Assembly: GCF_963921235.1 (NCBI RefSeq)
Contig: NC_086102.1
Coordinates: 122,140,001-122,204,000 of the forward strand
Origin: Mobula hypostoma
Lineage: Eukaryota
Length of the DNA stretch: 64,000 nt
Direction of reading: 5' to 3'
The position numbers were made by a program, and so were the translations under genes. Positions 12,408-26,450 of the stretch are shown here, in pieces. Every line of letters begins with the position of its first letter. The stretch's first letter is position 1. The notes under the pieces were generated by a model, which had not been told where the DNA came from, did no database searches, and saw nothing but the letters and a program-made list of their open reading frames with translations.

Positions 12408-13016
12408 TGTATGGGGTCTTTCTTTTGTTACATTTAAAATGGCGATTTTGTTATGTTAATCTGGGGAATGTGGCTTTGTTGTGCTTTAACGCTGAAGAGA
12501 GTTTGCGCTAACAGTTTGTTTTACTTTAAAATGAGATAACAGGGTTCTATTAGCCAATGGCTGGTTATGTATCGTTTTGTTTTTGGATGCCATGCTGTAT
12601 GATATGACTGAGGACTGAGTTTTGGCGGGGAGTCGGAGGAGAGGCGAGGAAGACCGCGGACGTGTGGAGAGGCTCCGGTCGATCACTAAGGGTGGTCCCG
12701 AGCCCTGAGTCGACGGAATTCGGGTGGTCGTCTGAAGTCGAATTGAGCTCCAACGGTAGCGCGTGAAGAACTTGGACTTTGATAAGTGTTGGCGCCTTTT
12801 TTTTTCATTACTTTCCTCTCTGTATCAAATGTATATTAATGTCATAGAATTAGTAATATCTATAAAGTGTATTTGTTAAAATTCACTGGGCGTGCTGGCT
12901 GATGATTGATGTTGGTGATTGATTCGGGCGGCAACCGACCCTGTGGGGAGTGTTGAGGCGGGTGCTGGGCTGGATTTCCCCTAGACATACACGAGCCAAT
13001 ATAACTGAATGTTACA
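12408..13016 (+). repeat. 3' LTR (609 bp)
   Basis: Direct repeat of 8729-9338, preceded by the PPT TGGTGGTGGGAGAG. Confidence 0.97.
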
Positions 13017-16000
13017 TAAATAAACATTCCAAACTAAATTTATAGATGAAAACATAGCATTTTCACAAAACAATCTTAGCTATTTATCGCTGTTGGTTCC
13101 TTCAAATGTCTGCCTTCTATATAGCTACAGCTTGACCATGGTAAGGCTGCTGATTTTAGAGGAGGGTTCTGCAGGAAAATAACCCTGAGCAGTTTAATCC
13201 ATATCCAGCTTCAGATGGCGTCTTCTTGAGATGAGCAGCAAGAATTTTTGGTGGGTGATAGCAAATAGCAAAGGCAGTGGTGGAGCCAATGTGGTGCCAT
13301 ATTGCTATCGTGACAGAACTTGCAGTGTAATGAAAGCTGAGTCATCAGCTAGTTGAATCCACAAGTTCCATCCAATTCTTTACTGGAGTCCATGAGCTTT
13401 GAGATGTGCTCTTTGCAAGGTGAATGCTCAATAATTCCATGTACTTTGACGTAGCATCCACGTTTTATCAGATCTCTCAATGCACCATGCTCATTAATCC
13501 CAAAGTCTATCGTCATTCTTCTGTAGCTTGTTCCATCAAACTATTCATCTGAATCTTCTGGCAAAGAACTCATGCAGGACCTTCCCATCTGGAATGCTGG
13601 CATTTATACCAGCTTTTTTGCAAAACATGGCTGCAGACTAAATCCCAGTTGCTCACCAAATACCACTCCACACTCTAACCAAAAACCAAGTTACAAGCAA
13701 TTTTAATAACTGCAATTATCGTGCAAAAGTGCTTTTATCAAGTTAGGGTGTAGCTTCATCTTCACTGGCTTCCACCACTGCCTATTTCGGTTCGCTGTGA
13801 AAAATCAGGAAAGATTGTGGAATGGGAATGGAGATGCAAGGAAATTCAGGTATGAGATCATCATCTACTGTTTCAGCCCCTTTGCTAGCCACAGCTTAGC
13901 AATAGCCACTCCAGATTAGTCTCTTCTATGCAGGTATAGTTATAGGCAAACTAGGCCATCACCTGCCAGTTAACTGTTGCTGTCACTACTTATGTGCTGC
14001 CTCATCTTGCAAGAGTATTCTGTTAGTAGATACTGTGCAATGTGCCTACTGTGGATGAATAACTGAGAGTGCATACAAAGTGTCAGGTGTGACTAAAAAT
14101 CATCTGTAAGGAGGGTCTGTCAAGCCTATGAATGATCAGTAGGAGCTCAGACCAATTGAGAAATGTGATCATGGTACACTGGTTCACATCATAATTAGTT
14201 CCGTCTGAACCTCAAAAACTGTCTGTGTTTTTACCTACACAAAGTTGTCCTTGCTGCCAAGGCAAGGGGCAGCTGCACCTGTAAGATTTGAAGCCCAACT
14301 TCCAACATTTTCAGGATTTTCTTTCACTAGTTGGGCACAATTTAGCAGCTCACACACACACTAACATTTTGCAAAACAATTAGATTCAAATTGATTTATC
14401 ATATGTACATTGAGACATACAGTGAAATACATTTGCATTAACAACCAACATAACCAAGGACATGCTGGGGGCAGGCAGAGAGCATTGAAGTAGAAAAAGA
14501 ATGGAAATTACATCTTTGCCTTGGAAAATGCTCCATTTTACACACCTAAAACTGTCTTTTTTTGTTTAGTCATTAGATTACAATCCACTGCATTTGCATC
14601 GTCCATGCATGTTATTTTCATCCACTGAGCACTAAGCTGGAATACTGAATTCTGTTGAATTGAAATCTGTTCAAACAAATTCCAAACAGACCCCAACTGT
14701 AGAAATTTTACCATACTGCAGGAGCTACAGCTGAAATGCAGTATAAACAGGCAAGCCACAAAAAAAAGCTGTAGACATTGTTTGAGGTCCTGAATTGCAG
14801 ACGAAACAGGTAATTCACAAAGAAAGCTGTGAACATTGTTCTGTGTCCATCAGGTGCTGAAGGAGCATCTGCCAGTGAAATCTAAAAAAAGCCTTCAGTG
14901 CATGAGTCACGAAGCATGAAAATACTTTGTCAGGTACAATTACTTCAAAGCAATGAGAATTCTGAATCCTTCAACAATGTCGAGGTTGATTTTACATACA
15001 TTCATAGCCAATGGGGGGAAAACACAATTGTTAATATATTTTTCACAAAAGAAAGTGGTCTCAGCCATAGCCCAGTAAACCCTCCTTATTCAGATAATAG
15101 GTTAGACCCCATGAGTACACAATAAATTGAAAAGCAAAGAAAACAGTAAATGGTGTAAATCCGAAATGATGTTTTTTAAATACCCAGATGTTAGATTATG
15201 AGAAGGGGAACACAGCATTCAATATTAGATTGCTGGAGATGCCATCTGGAAATAACATTAATCTGAAGCCACTCCTGCTATTTTAGTTAAGACACAAAGG
15301 ATCGTGGCACCATTGAAATCACAGCAGACTTCTCCCTGCAGTCCTGGCCAACATTTCCCCCTTTAATCAAAATTACAATGCTGTTAGAGCTGCTTTACAT
15401 AGTAGCTGCCATGTTTCCTACATCAGCAAATACATTCAGACAGCTGTAAAGTGCTTTTGGAAACCTTATGATTTGCAGGGAGCTGGAGGGATGTAAACTT
15501 CTTCCAAAATGCTATTTCAGGATTTTTTTTTCCATTAAGTGCAATCATGAACAATAGCCAGATCAGAAATGCTGATCAAGTCAACTAGTTCCCAAAGAGA
15601 ACTCTACTAGGCCAATCAGATGGATCACTGCTGCTCAGCAACAGAACACAGAAAAAAATCATATGTACTATTAAGATTCTTGGATCTTTTTGGATGGGGG
15701 GTTAAATCCTATTTGACAAACTCATATCCCATTGCCATTTTTTCCCTGAGAGGGGGAAATATTGTGGAAATGAGCAAGATGGCTCATGCCCAAGTGAGTA
15801 CCACTTTTCTACATCTCCACACTTCTCCAGATATTCAAGATATTCAGGTAACATAGAGACACAAGGACAATTTTTTAAAAATACACAGGGAAGGAATTTT
15901 TGAAGGGAGCACGACTGGGCCTATATAGCTGCAGTATATCACACTCTTTTAGCTGAATCTTGCCTTCAGCCATTTAGTCAATTGAAATGTATGGTTCATT

Positions 16001-18562
16001 TCCAAAGTTCAACATTGAAAGGAGGAATGTAATGACACTGCTGTCAGAGTGTTATATCTAGCAAGTGATGAAATAATGTCATAATTTAGCCCTTACTAGC
16101 TGTTTGACTTTGTCCTATGGCACAAGAGGAGAGGTGTGTTTGCAGAGCTTTGCTTTCCAGCACCTCTATCAACTGAAATATTGAAAGTCATTCTCATCAG
16201 GTGCTCATATTGGGAGCAATTTCTGCAATTGTCATGGATAATTGAATGCAATCAACAAGTTTTTGCAGCTTTAATATGGAACTGAATTGCACTTTTAGAG
16301 GTTGCCTCAGAGGTGGTACTCCTCTGAACACAGTCAATTGTGCAATGGACACAGTAACCAGAAATAATTTTCTCAAAGCTACTCTAAAGCCTAGATATGG
16401 TTATAGAAGAGTGAGTCTCCTTGTGATTTCTCGGTTTGAAATTGAATCATGTGACCAACACTCCTTAAAATCATTACCTTAAACTGTAATAGACCATTGC
16501 TCTTCTATATCTCAAAGTACCCACATAGAAAGACTGAGAAAATGATTTCAAGTAGAACTAACTGAGGAACAATAATGGTGTACTCAATCACAAAGGCAAA
16601 GTCTGTGATAGTTTTACCACGTTTCTGCGGCAAGCACTGTAACATTAGGTATTTATTGCTTTTAAGACACTTAATAAACATCTACTAAAGATAAAGTTTT
16701 AAATAATATGCATTAGCTTTTAATCTCTTACTGTTTCACTGTACTGTATAATGAAAAATATCTGAACAGAAAATAAATGTAAACAAATTGAACAGATGGG
16801 AATCACTATTAATGGAGAGGTATGAGGAAACCAACATAAGCCAAAAATTAAATTACTCAACTCATGCAATTACCCTGCTCACAAACAAGGTTTAATAACC
16901 TGTTTTATAAATAACATTTAAAGTAATCAAACTGAACTTTTGATTTCTCAGCAGCTCTGAACAAAATACTCTAGAAAATTCTTCACAATAACAGAAGTAA
17001 GAACACAGATAACTATAAAGTTATAAAAAAATAACAGAAGAAACATTTCATTCAAGATACAAAAAAAATTGATAAGTTATCAGTTAAGAAATTTTGGATT
17101 TTTAACGAATGCTCAAAATACCTTGAACATTAAGACAACAAAACTAAAACCTAGAACTAGGTGCCTATACGGTTATTTGACTAAAAGCATTATTTCAACA
17201 AAAGCATTATTTCATTAAAAGCACACAACTCAAAATACACAGTCCAGAAGTTAAAAGGTAAAATAACTGCAAGAAATTAAGGCTGAGAAAAGCCCTGCAA
17301 ATATCAAAGACCAAATCTTCCAATGATATACAGCTAGTTACTCACTTAAGAGCTAGCAATTACAGAGGTTTCTCATTAGATGACAGGCAAATGGGCAGAA
17401 ATGGTCATGTGTTTACCTTCCAATTGGCCTCCTACTGATTCAGTATTCTCTGCTGAGTTGCTGGCCTCCCTTTAATCAGCCTTCCAGTGGAACTGCCCAG
17501 TTCTTTTGTCAGTGGACAGCTTCTGCCAACAGCAATTCAGGTAGCAATAACCCAAGATAGCACAACTAGATTACTGAATGGCAGGAGGAACATTTCTATC
17601 ATAAATTTGAGACAAAACTATTTGGATTTTCAGCATCTGCAGATTTTTTTTAGTGTTTCTGAACCTATAAGAATGCTCTTGATGTTTTTATCAAACCATT
17701 TCTACCATTCAACAATACATGTACAAGGGCTATGATGGAATGCTCTCCATATGTCTGAACGAGTCCACTTTCAGAGCACTCAGAAAGGTCCATATCATAT
17801 GGGACAATGCAGCTGACTTGATGAGCAGCCTATCCGTCATTTTAAATTTTCATTCCTTCTCTCATAACACTATGGCAGTCGTAATGTTAACTACCTGTGA
17901 AATGCATTGTTTGCCCAAACTACTTCAACATCACCTCCCAAGGCCTTGACTTCCACTGCCACCAAAAGTAACACACAGATGTGAACGTCACCATCTTTAA
18001 CATTCTCAAGTTGCACAACATCCTGATTTGGTCATACATAGCTGTACTTTCATTTGTCGGTATTGTTCAGCAATCTCCAATCATTCCAATTAAGTTTCAT
18101 GGAATTCATTGCAGTTGGGAATTTAGGCATCATTGCCGTGGCCGGCATGTATGGACCACCTACAATTGCCCTAGTGACGGTGATAATAACAAGCCATCTT
18201 CCAGAACAGCTGCAATTGTTCTGCTGAAGGCTCTTCCACAGTTTCTTTGAGGAAAGAGTTCCAGGATCTACACCCCGCAACAATAGAGAAAAAGCTAAGC
18301 ATTTCCATATCTGGATGTTATACAACTTGAAGATGGTGAAGTTTCCATGTTGCCCTTGGCCCTTTTGGTAGTGGAGGTCATAGGCTTGGGAAGTTCTGTC
18401 GGAGTAGTCTAGGCAAACAACTGCAATGCATTTTGTAGATACCTAACACTACAACCACCATGTGGTTTTGGTGGAGGCAATGAATGCTTAACAAGGTGGA
18501 TCAGCTACCAATCAAGTTGGCTATATTTTCCTAGGTAATATAGACCTCTCTAAATTCATGGG

Positions 18563-18757
18563 TTCACGACCAAGGCGAGCCACCTAGTTGGAGGAAATCG
18601 GCTGTGGTCAAACCTGGAGAGGGATGGGCTCCACCAGGTTTCAGATGCCCAAGACACACCGCATGATGAGCACACGAAAAAGCTGGTGCAAAGCTTGTCA
18701 TGACGCCGCCCCGACGACTCCACCAGGAGTTAAGGGCGCTAGAAGAAGAAGAAGAAG
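18563..18757 (+). mobile_element. 5'-truncated RTE-like LINE 3' end
   Basis: (GAA)n tail; TSD AAATTCATGGG/AAATTCATAGG at 18552-18562 and 18758-18768. Confidence 0.65.
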
Positions 18758-18949
18758 AAATTCATAGGAGTGCAATCATTCAGGCAGCTGAAGAATATGC
18801 CATCAAAACCTTGATATGTTCATTGCAACTGGTAGAAAAAATTGGTATACATAAAGGAGTGAGTCAGAATCAGGTTTATAATCACCTGCATGTGACATAC
18901 TAATGTATAGTCAACATACTCACGTGGCTAATCCAGTTGAGTTTATGAT

Positions 18950-19500
18950 CACTGGTGACTGTCCGAAATAAAGGACATGGTGATGCAGATGCTATTAAAT
19001 ATCGAGGGTTGGTAGTCAGAATCCTTGTGGTTGGATCTGATCGTTGTCCGGAATTTTTGTGCCTTAGTTCCAGAGGACTTATAAATGGAACTGAATGTTG
19101 CATTATTCTCGATGAACACTGCAATCCACGACACAATGAAAAATTGGTAATAGATAAAGCAGCTGAAGATGCACTTGGGAAACCGAGGAACTCGTGCAGG
19201 TGTGCCATGGGGGTCGGGATAATTGACCTCCAGCAACAACTATTGTCCTTCATAAGTGTTTTTCTTTGACTGCACACACAGTCAAAAGTTCCCTTGCTGT
19301 CAAAAGAACTCACTCTCATCTCTCCTCTGGAATTCAGCTCACATTTGGACCAAGGCAGTGAAAAGGACTGGAGGTGAGTGATCCTGGCAAAACAAAAACT
19401 CCTCCACATTCTTAGTAAGTTGGAATTAGTGAGAAGGCTATTGAAGCTAGCACTGTTGTGGTACCTTCCATCACTTTGTTGGTGCTTGAAATAGACTAAT
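18950..19500 (-). mobile_element. Ancient CR1/L2-group LINE RT fragment
   Basis: Minus strand GTTGCTGGAGGTCAATTATC..GAGTTCCTCGG..ATCTTCAGCTGCTTTATC matches a decayed VGGQ..GVPQG..IFSCFIND RT core. Confidence 0.6.
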
Positions 19501-19547
19501 TTGGTGGTTATTAGCCAAACAAATGCAGCCTGATTTTGTAGATATGT

Positions 19548-20328
19548 TAAACCCAAAAAAAAGCAAACAGAACAAAACAAGGCTAAACCAATATCTTAAA
19601 TCGAACGGGTTCAGTAATGTCGTCAACTCCACTCCTCTATTCATATATTTTAAGTTAATACGTAGGATTCGGAAAGGTCAAATTATGTCATATGAAAGTG
19701 TTGAATAAATGGTTTCCAAGTCTCTTCAAATTTAACCAAAGGATCAAAAATATCACTTCTAATTTTTTCTAAATTTAAACATAATATAGTTTGGGAAAAC
19801 TACTGGAATGTAGTAGGAGGATTGGTCTCCTTCCAGTTCAATAAAATAGATCTTCTGGCCATTAAAGTAACAAATGCAATCATCCAACAGGCTGAAGAAG
19901 ATAAAGGTCTAGGTTCTACCATTGGCAATCCAAAAGTTGCCGTAATAGGATGGGGTTGTAAATCAAAATGCAGAACTGTTGAGATAATATCAAAAATATC
20001 TTTCCAATATTTTTTCAAAAGAGGACAGGACCAAAACATATGAGTTAAAGAAGCCACCTCAGAGTGACATCTGTCACAAATAGGGTTTATATGGGAATAA
20101 AAACGGGCTAATTTATCTAATTTGGGGTTTTTCTTTGTATTTTTTTCTTTTTATTTCTTTTTTTCTACGATTAATTATATCGTGAGTTTGGAAGTCTACT
20201 ATACCTGTGTTATCTGAAATTTTTTCTGTATGTTTATTAACAATAAGATTAGTCCATTCTCTTTGTATCAACATTGTTATTTTGTTTATAATCTTGGAAA
20301 AATTAATAAAAAGATTTAAAAAGAAAGA
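19548..20328. mobile_element. L1 insertion with 5' inversion
   Basis: The minus segment (19548-~20117) encodes the L1 ORF2 C-terminus (CDRC..ASLTHMFWSCP). The plus segment (~20118-20328) is 3' UTR with AATAAA and an A-rich tail. TSD TGATTTTGTAGAT(A/G)TGT at 19531-19547 and 20329-20345. Confidence 0.88.
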
Positions 20329-20709
20329 TGATTTTGTAGATGTGTAGTAATTGGGGAATTTTCCACATTATCATTCCTGGCAAAGGTAATTCATTACGCC
20401 CCAATTGTAAAATGTCACGATTAGTTTCATCACACTGGTAAGTGTACAAAATAATCCAAACTGTCTGACAAAATCGGTACCTTATTTCTAATAATGGTAC
20501 CATGAAACAGTACACAATTGTCACTAAAAAGCTTAACACTGCAGGTACTCAAAATCTTAAATTAAAACAGCAGATGAAATACACAGCAGGTCAAGCAGCA
20601 CTACTACAGAGAGAAACAGAAGTAATAGTCTTCAATGTAAATGTCAGCTTTGTTCTTCCATTCTCCAGAGCATTCATTTGTTTTCAGTTTCTGGGCATTA
20701 CTTACCCCG

Positions 20710-21900
20710 TAAGACATAGGAGCAGAGTTAGGCCATTTGTCTATACAATATTTGATCATAGCTGATATATTATTCCCATTCAATCCTATTTTCCTGACTT
20801 CTCCTCTTATTAATCAAGAACATAACCTCTGTTTTAAACATACCTTACCCTCCACAACTGTTTGTGGCAATGGATTCCACAAATTCAACACCCTCCAGCT
20901 AAAGAAATTCCTTCTGATCTCTGTTTATTCTGAAGCTGTGCCCTCTGGTCCTAGATCCTAACAACTATCAGAAACATCCGCTCCACATCCAATCTATCCA
21001 GGCCTTTCAATATTCAACAGGTTTCAATGAGATTCCACTTATTTTTCTAAACTTCAGTGAGTACAGGTCCAGAGCCATCAAACGCTCGTGATACATTAAC
21101 CCCATCATCTCCAAGATCATTGTCACAAGCCACCTCTGGATCCTCTCCAATGCCAGCACAAACTTACTGAGAAAGGGCCCAAAAGTACTCACAATACTCC
21201 AAATGTGGTCTGACCATTGGTTTATAAAGCCTTTGCATTATTTCTTTGCTTTTTTATTTTAGTCCTCTCAAAATGAATATCAACATTGGATTTGCCCCCA
21301 TTATTACGTGCTCAACATGCAGGTTAGCCTTTACAGAATCCTGCACTAGGGCTCCCAAGTCGCTTTGCACCACTTTCTAAATTCTCTTCTCATTTACAAA
21401 ATAGTCTACATCTTTACTCCTTCCATCAAAGTACATGATTATACACTTCCCTTCACTGTATTCCATCTGTCACTTCTTTGCCCATTGTCTCAAAAGTATC
21501 CAAAAGTTCTTGCTTCCTCAACACAACCTGCCTCTCCACATATCTTTATACTATCCACAAACTTGGCCACAAATTCATCAATTCCATCATCCTGATCATT
21601 AATGCATAGCATGAAGAGTAGCGAACCTAACACTGACCTCCACTAGTCACCGGCAGCCAACCAGAAAAGGCTCCCTTTATTCCTAATCTTTACCTTCTGC
21701 CAGACAGCCAATCTTCTATCCATGCTAGTATCTTTCCTGCAACACAATGGGTTAACTTGTTCAAAAACCTCATATGCAGAACCTTGTCAAAGGCCTTCTG
21801 AAAACCCAAGTAAACATCATCCACTGGCTCTCCATTGTCTATCCTATTTGTTACTTCCTCAAAGAATTGCATCAGGTTTGTCAAGCAAGATCTTCCCTTA
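20710..21900 (-). mobile_element. CR1 LINE fragment
   Basis: KGRSCLTNL..FFEEVT..YLGFQKAFDKV and LERIQR motifs; CR1 3' UTR near 20710. Confidence 0.85.
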
Positions 21901-23739
21901 AAGCAAATGCATTTCCAATGCATTCCTCCATGGACATCTTGACGGCCTGGCTGACCAACAACTTTGAGACAGGCCAAAGGACTTCTTTCATCGAGCTGAT
22001 GATCTGCCAGCAGCACTTGACATTCATCTCCATGTGTGTCCTTGGGAACAGCCCAAAGATCAGAGAATCATCTGTCACACAGCTGCACAGGATAAATCAC
22101 TATTCAGGCCTTTGCACCTTTCTCCACACCCTCTTCGCAAACCCCCAGTCCATAAAGAGGTGGTATCTTCCTCACTAGTCGTCCTTGGGCAGCACACTGT
22201 AGGAGTGATGCTCTGGGCATGCAGGAGGATCAGACTAGGAGAGCCCCTCTAAGTACCAGCTGGGCAAGGTCTTAGTGGCTGTTAACAAGGCCTGGTGATG
22301 AGGCATTCTGCCAGATGATCTGGACAATCTGCTTAGGAAACCACCCCACTGTGTCCATCAAGTCCTTCTCCTGCAGTGACTGCCAGATGTTCTGTGCTGA
22401 CCACTGCCTGATGGACTTGTGATCAAAGGTGTTGGTCTGGAAGAACTTTTCCATTAAGACTGGGACACTGAGTGGCAGTGGGGCCAGACCTATTCTTTGC
22501 AACACCACAGACAGACAGAACCTTGGCACATAATGATTCTACACACACAGCCTGATACAGCCACACACAAGGTGATCATTAGGGTGAGGGTGACATTGGA
22601 TATGTTTTTGCCTCTGTTGCCCAGGGACTTGTACATTGTGACCTGTCTGACCCACTCCATCTTGGATCCCCAGACGAGCCTAAAGACAGTTGGGTGATTT
22701 CCAATTTGGAGGAGCAGGGGATGGGCCACATCTGTGCCAAGTACAGCAGCCCTGAGAGCACTTCACTACCTAAGGACCAGGTTCTTCCCAGTTATCAATA
22801 GGGAATGAGCTCTCCACAGTCCCAATTTCCTGACTTACTTCCCCAATGTACTCCAGCCAATTTTTGTTACATGCCTCAGCCCCTCTGAACCAGATTCCAT
22901 GCACCTTCACATAATCAGAACTGATAGTGAAGGGAATACTGAATCACTACAGCCAGTCGTCAAAGTACATGGCCTCGCTCTTCATGAAGTTAACTCCGGC
23001 CCCTGATGCCAACTCAAACTGGTTGCAAATGACCTCAGAACTGAGCAGAAGGTAGTGACATTGTCCATGTACAGGGAGGTTTTCACTTGGATCCTTCCAC
23101 TCCCTCTTACGCTCTTGGCCTTCTTGACAGCTTCAGCAAAGGGTTCTATACAGCACAGGACTGCTATACTTCACACAGGTGTGACCCATCTCTCACTTAG
23201 GCAGCAACACCCCTCTTATGCTCTCATCCCTGATTGCTTCAGCAAAGGGTTCTATACAGAACACAAACAAGATAGGGGAAAGAAAGAGTAACCCTACCTG
23301 ACTCCAGACTTGATGGGGAAGCTATCTGCTTCCTACCCTTTGATTTGGATTGCAATGCAGATGTCCAAGTAAAGCAGTTGGATCCAATTCCTGATTTCCT
23401 CCCCATTTTGGAGAGTACGTCCATCACATACGTACATGTGTGATACCCTGTCAAAGGCTTTCTCCTGGTTCAGGCTGACAAGGCAGGCATCCACCCACTT
23501 GTCTTGCACATAGCGAATGGTGACTCTGAGCAGCATGAGGCTTAATCCCGTTGACAATGGCCTTGAACAAGATCTTATTGTCTTCATTCAACAGCAAAAT
23601 GGGTCTCCAAGTCCTGATGTCATCCCTCTTCCCCCTTCTGCTTGCAGATGAGGTAATAAGGCACTTCCTCATAGAGTCAGCTAGAAGCATAGCATTGTAT
23701 ACTTCCTGGAGGCCTGGGACATCCAGTCCACAAAGCCAA

Positions 23740-24369
23740 TGAAACACCCCGGTTTCCTTGGCTGTGTAAGTCTAGGGAAGACAACTTCCAGCCCCGCCAA
23801 ACTTTAGAGACTGAGGCACACTGGATCCCACCCCAAACCTCAGTTTGTGTGGATGTTGTGTCATTTGCTATCCCATTACAAATTACTGCCAAGAAATAAC
23901 AGACAGTACACTGTATACAATTAAAGGAATTATATTTATGAATCTTAACTGAAGGGTTAGTAAAGAATAACAATAAGAAAAAGGCACATTCTAATTAAAC
24001 AGTCAAATGTGCACAAGTTGGAGCTCATCTTGAACTTCTCTGTCAGTCGCGCGCTGGGTCCTTGGTCAACGTGAAAGCACACATCACCTTCCGAATGTCG
24101 TTCGCAATCCATCTCGAACAAATGAATACACCACTGGATCGTATACTACAACCAGTTCTTCCCAGCATCTTCTCTCTTCATCTCCAAGACCAACCTTATT
24201 GTCCCTCACCAAGAAAAACCTAACACTAATTGGATTGCACATATTCCACATCATCTCTTATCTTCAACAATAACCCAAACAGGCTGAAAGCAGAACAAAC
24301 AGCTCTTACAGAGCTGCACAAAATGAAATACATACAGCATAACAGTAAAAACTGAACAAGGGCATTACA
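23740..24369 (-). mobile_element. Gypsy solo LTR inserted in Tx1 ORF2
   Basis: TGTAATG..GTTTCA ends, TSD CCAA/CTAA, and similarity to the 3' half of LTR 3214-3776. Interrupts the Tx1 AEL..ALW motif. Confidence 0.8.
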
Positions 24370-25829
24370 CTAATTACAACTCAGCCTGTAAGCTGTTGCT
24401 TCTAAGAGTTTTATTTGATTCAAAGGAATGGATGGAGCCAGTCAGCTCCTCCAGAGTCAGTGGCTGGTCCAGCCTCTCTCATTTGCTATTACCTAACACC
24501 TCCATAATAGAGGACATGAAGTTCTCGGAGGCGGTGGTGTCAAAAAGATTCCAAGATTCATAGTACATTTACTATTTAAGTATGTATACAGAATACAACT
24601 CAGAGATTCATCCTCCCGCAGACTGCCACAAAACAAAGAAACACCATGGAACCCGTTCAAGAAAACATCAAACACCCAACAGGCAAAAGAAAATAAAGCA
24701 TGCAAATGGCAAAAAGTGAGGAAACAACACGGAATATTAAACATCAAATCAGGAGTCTAGTAGTATTTAGTTTAATTTAGTTCAGAGCTGCTAACCCTCT
24801 GCAGACCTTTCTGTCATACAGACTGACAAAGGAGGATCTGCAAATCCTTAATGCTACTGAGTCATCTTCTTCCTTAAGCTGTGGATCACACAGCACCCTG
24901 TGAACCTTTTGGAAGAAGAAGCATAAGCACATCTCATCCTGTTCCATGATGCTGATCCTGGACTGTAAGATTATCTCAGAGGATTCAGCAATGAAATGCT
25001 CGGCTTACCAGCCTTTCTTCTCTCGTAATTCCTCCTTCACATCCACTGCAGAAGAAGTTGTTGAACTCTGTCTGGAATTTACACAGTTCCCTTTGACCCT
25101 GCCTTGCTTTCTAAATCCCACTGTGGATGAAGAACCTCTTAACGTGCTCCTTGGTCAACAGGGGAATCAAAGAGGTGTTTGAAAGTTCTCCTCTCTAGTT
25201 CTTTAATGCTCTCAGGGATCAGCAGTCTGACATTCAGCTTCCATGCTGCCAGCCTGCCTTATGGTCCTCCCACAGCGGGCAGGAGGCTCGGAGAAGGCAG
25301 TGGTCAAAGAAGAACACCAGCGTGACATCGATGGATCTGACCATGACAGACTCTAACATGACGAGGAAGTCAATTCGGGAGTGGGCTGAGCCATCTGATC
25401 ATGACTGGGGGGGGGGGGGGTTGCAGCTGCGTTCCGCCTGCAGGGATGCTGAAGGCATCACGTAATTTAGCTACTTTAACCGTTTCCATCAGGAACCTGG
25501 AGGTGCTGTCCACACTACCAGATCATCCAGCCTTGTGATGGTGATGCAATTGAAGTCACCGGCCAGAATGGCCACTGGGACGTCGCCAGCAGAGGTGGGT
25601 GCTGCTCGAGGACAACCAGCCGCTCACTCCGCATGGGTGAGGCATATACATTCATTAGGCTGGAGTGGAGTATTTCCATACATTACACTTGCCACAAGGA
25701 GGCAATCCACAACCACCTCTCTGACTTGGGTGTTTGAGAAGTTGCTCCCCATTAGCAAACTCCCCAGCTAGAAGCACAACAAGCATTGCCCCCAACCACA
25801 CAGACAAACCATGGGACCAACATCACGAC

Positions 25830-26381
25830 TGTTAGAGTGGATTTTTTTTGGGTAGATGATTTGTTTACACTTAAATGACTTTGGTCACCAGACTTCTATT
25901 TTAACTGTTTGACAAAGGACTGTGGGTTGAGTCCACCACAATGGGCTTCCTAAAAGGTGTAAATACCAGATGCTTCTGGTGCCTGATGCTGTAGTTTCGA
26001 AGACAGTATTATCTATACATTATAAATATTAATTGTCTTCTATGTTAGCACGTAAAATGCCAAATAAATGTATTGTGGATTGAACTAAAAGCTGTGGATA
26101 CCAACACAGACATGTTGGCGTCGGAAGGAAAGGGTAGTGTGATATTTTGTATGTAACTTCAAAGGGAAGCATTGTCTATGCATTGTCTGTAACTTTTTAA
26201 GTAGCGATTGCCTTTGTGTTTAGCATATAAATATCGAGCCCACATTTAGCTAGCAGACCCTTCTGCAAAAAGTGTTTCCGTCCGTTAAGATGCCTGCTGT
26301 ACCTTGTTGTGTCGAATAAAGAAGCTGCCTTGTATCTATCAGTGACTCTGTCTCTCCGGTAATTTCATCCACGCTACAACA
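25830..26381 (+). mobile_element. Solo LTR with 5-bp TSD (possibly BEL/Pao)
   Basis: TGTTAG..CTACAACA ends, perfect TSD ACGAC, AATAAA near the 3' end; superfamily uncertain. Confidence 0.8.
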
Positions 26382-26450
26382 ACGACCACCTCCGGCAGTT
26401 GCAGAGGTGTGATAGCATGTCCTGGAAAAAAAGACACAACAGCCTAGATC

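Larger units (their letters stand above)
8729..13016 (+). mobile_element. Young, internally deleted Gypsy LTR retrotransposon
   Basis: LTRs 8729-9338 and 12408-13016 (TG..CA) differ by 5 substitutions and 1 indel on manual comparison. TSD TAAA. tRNA-Pro-like PBS and PPT present. Domain order RT-RNaseH-integrase. Confidence 0.97.

Noticed and set aside
16411-16431. Minus-strand RNHKETH resembling the BARD1 ankyrin entry KRNHRGETLLH
   Set aside because: Lacks the Gly and LLH, has no long ORF or suitable donor, and is likely chance.
18900-19580. 226-aa minus-strand ORF as BARD1 exon 4 or a novel gene
   Set aside because: No BARD1 similarity; it overlies a decayed LINE RT fragment in a non-native frame and starts inside the L1 insertion.
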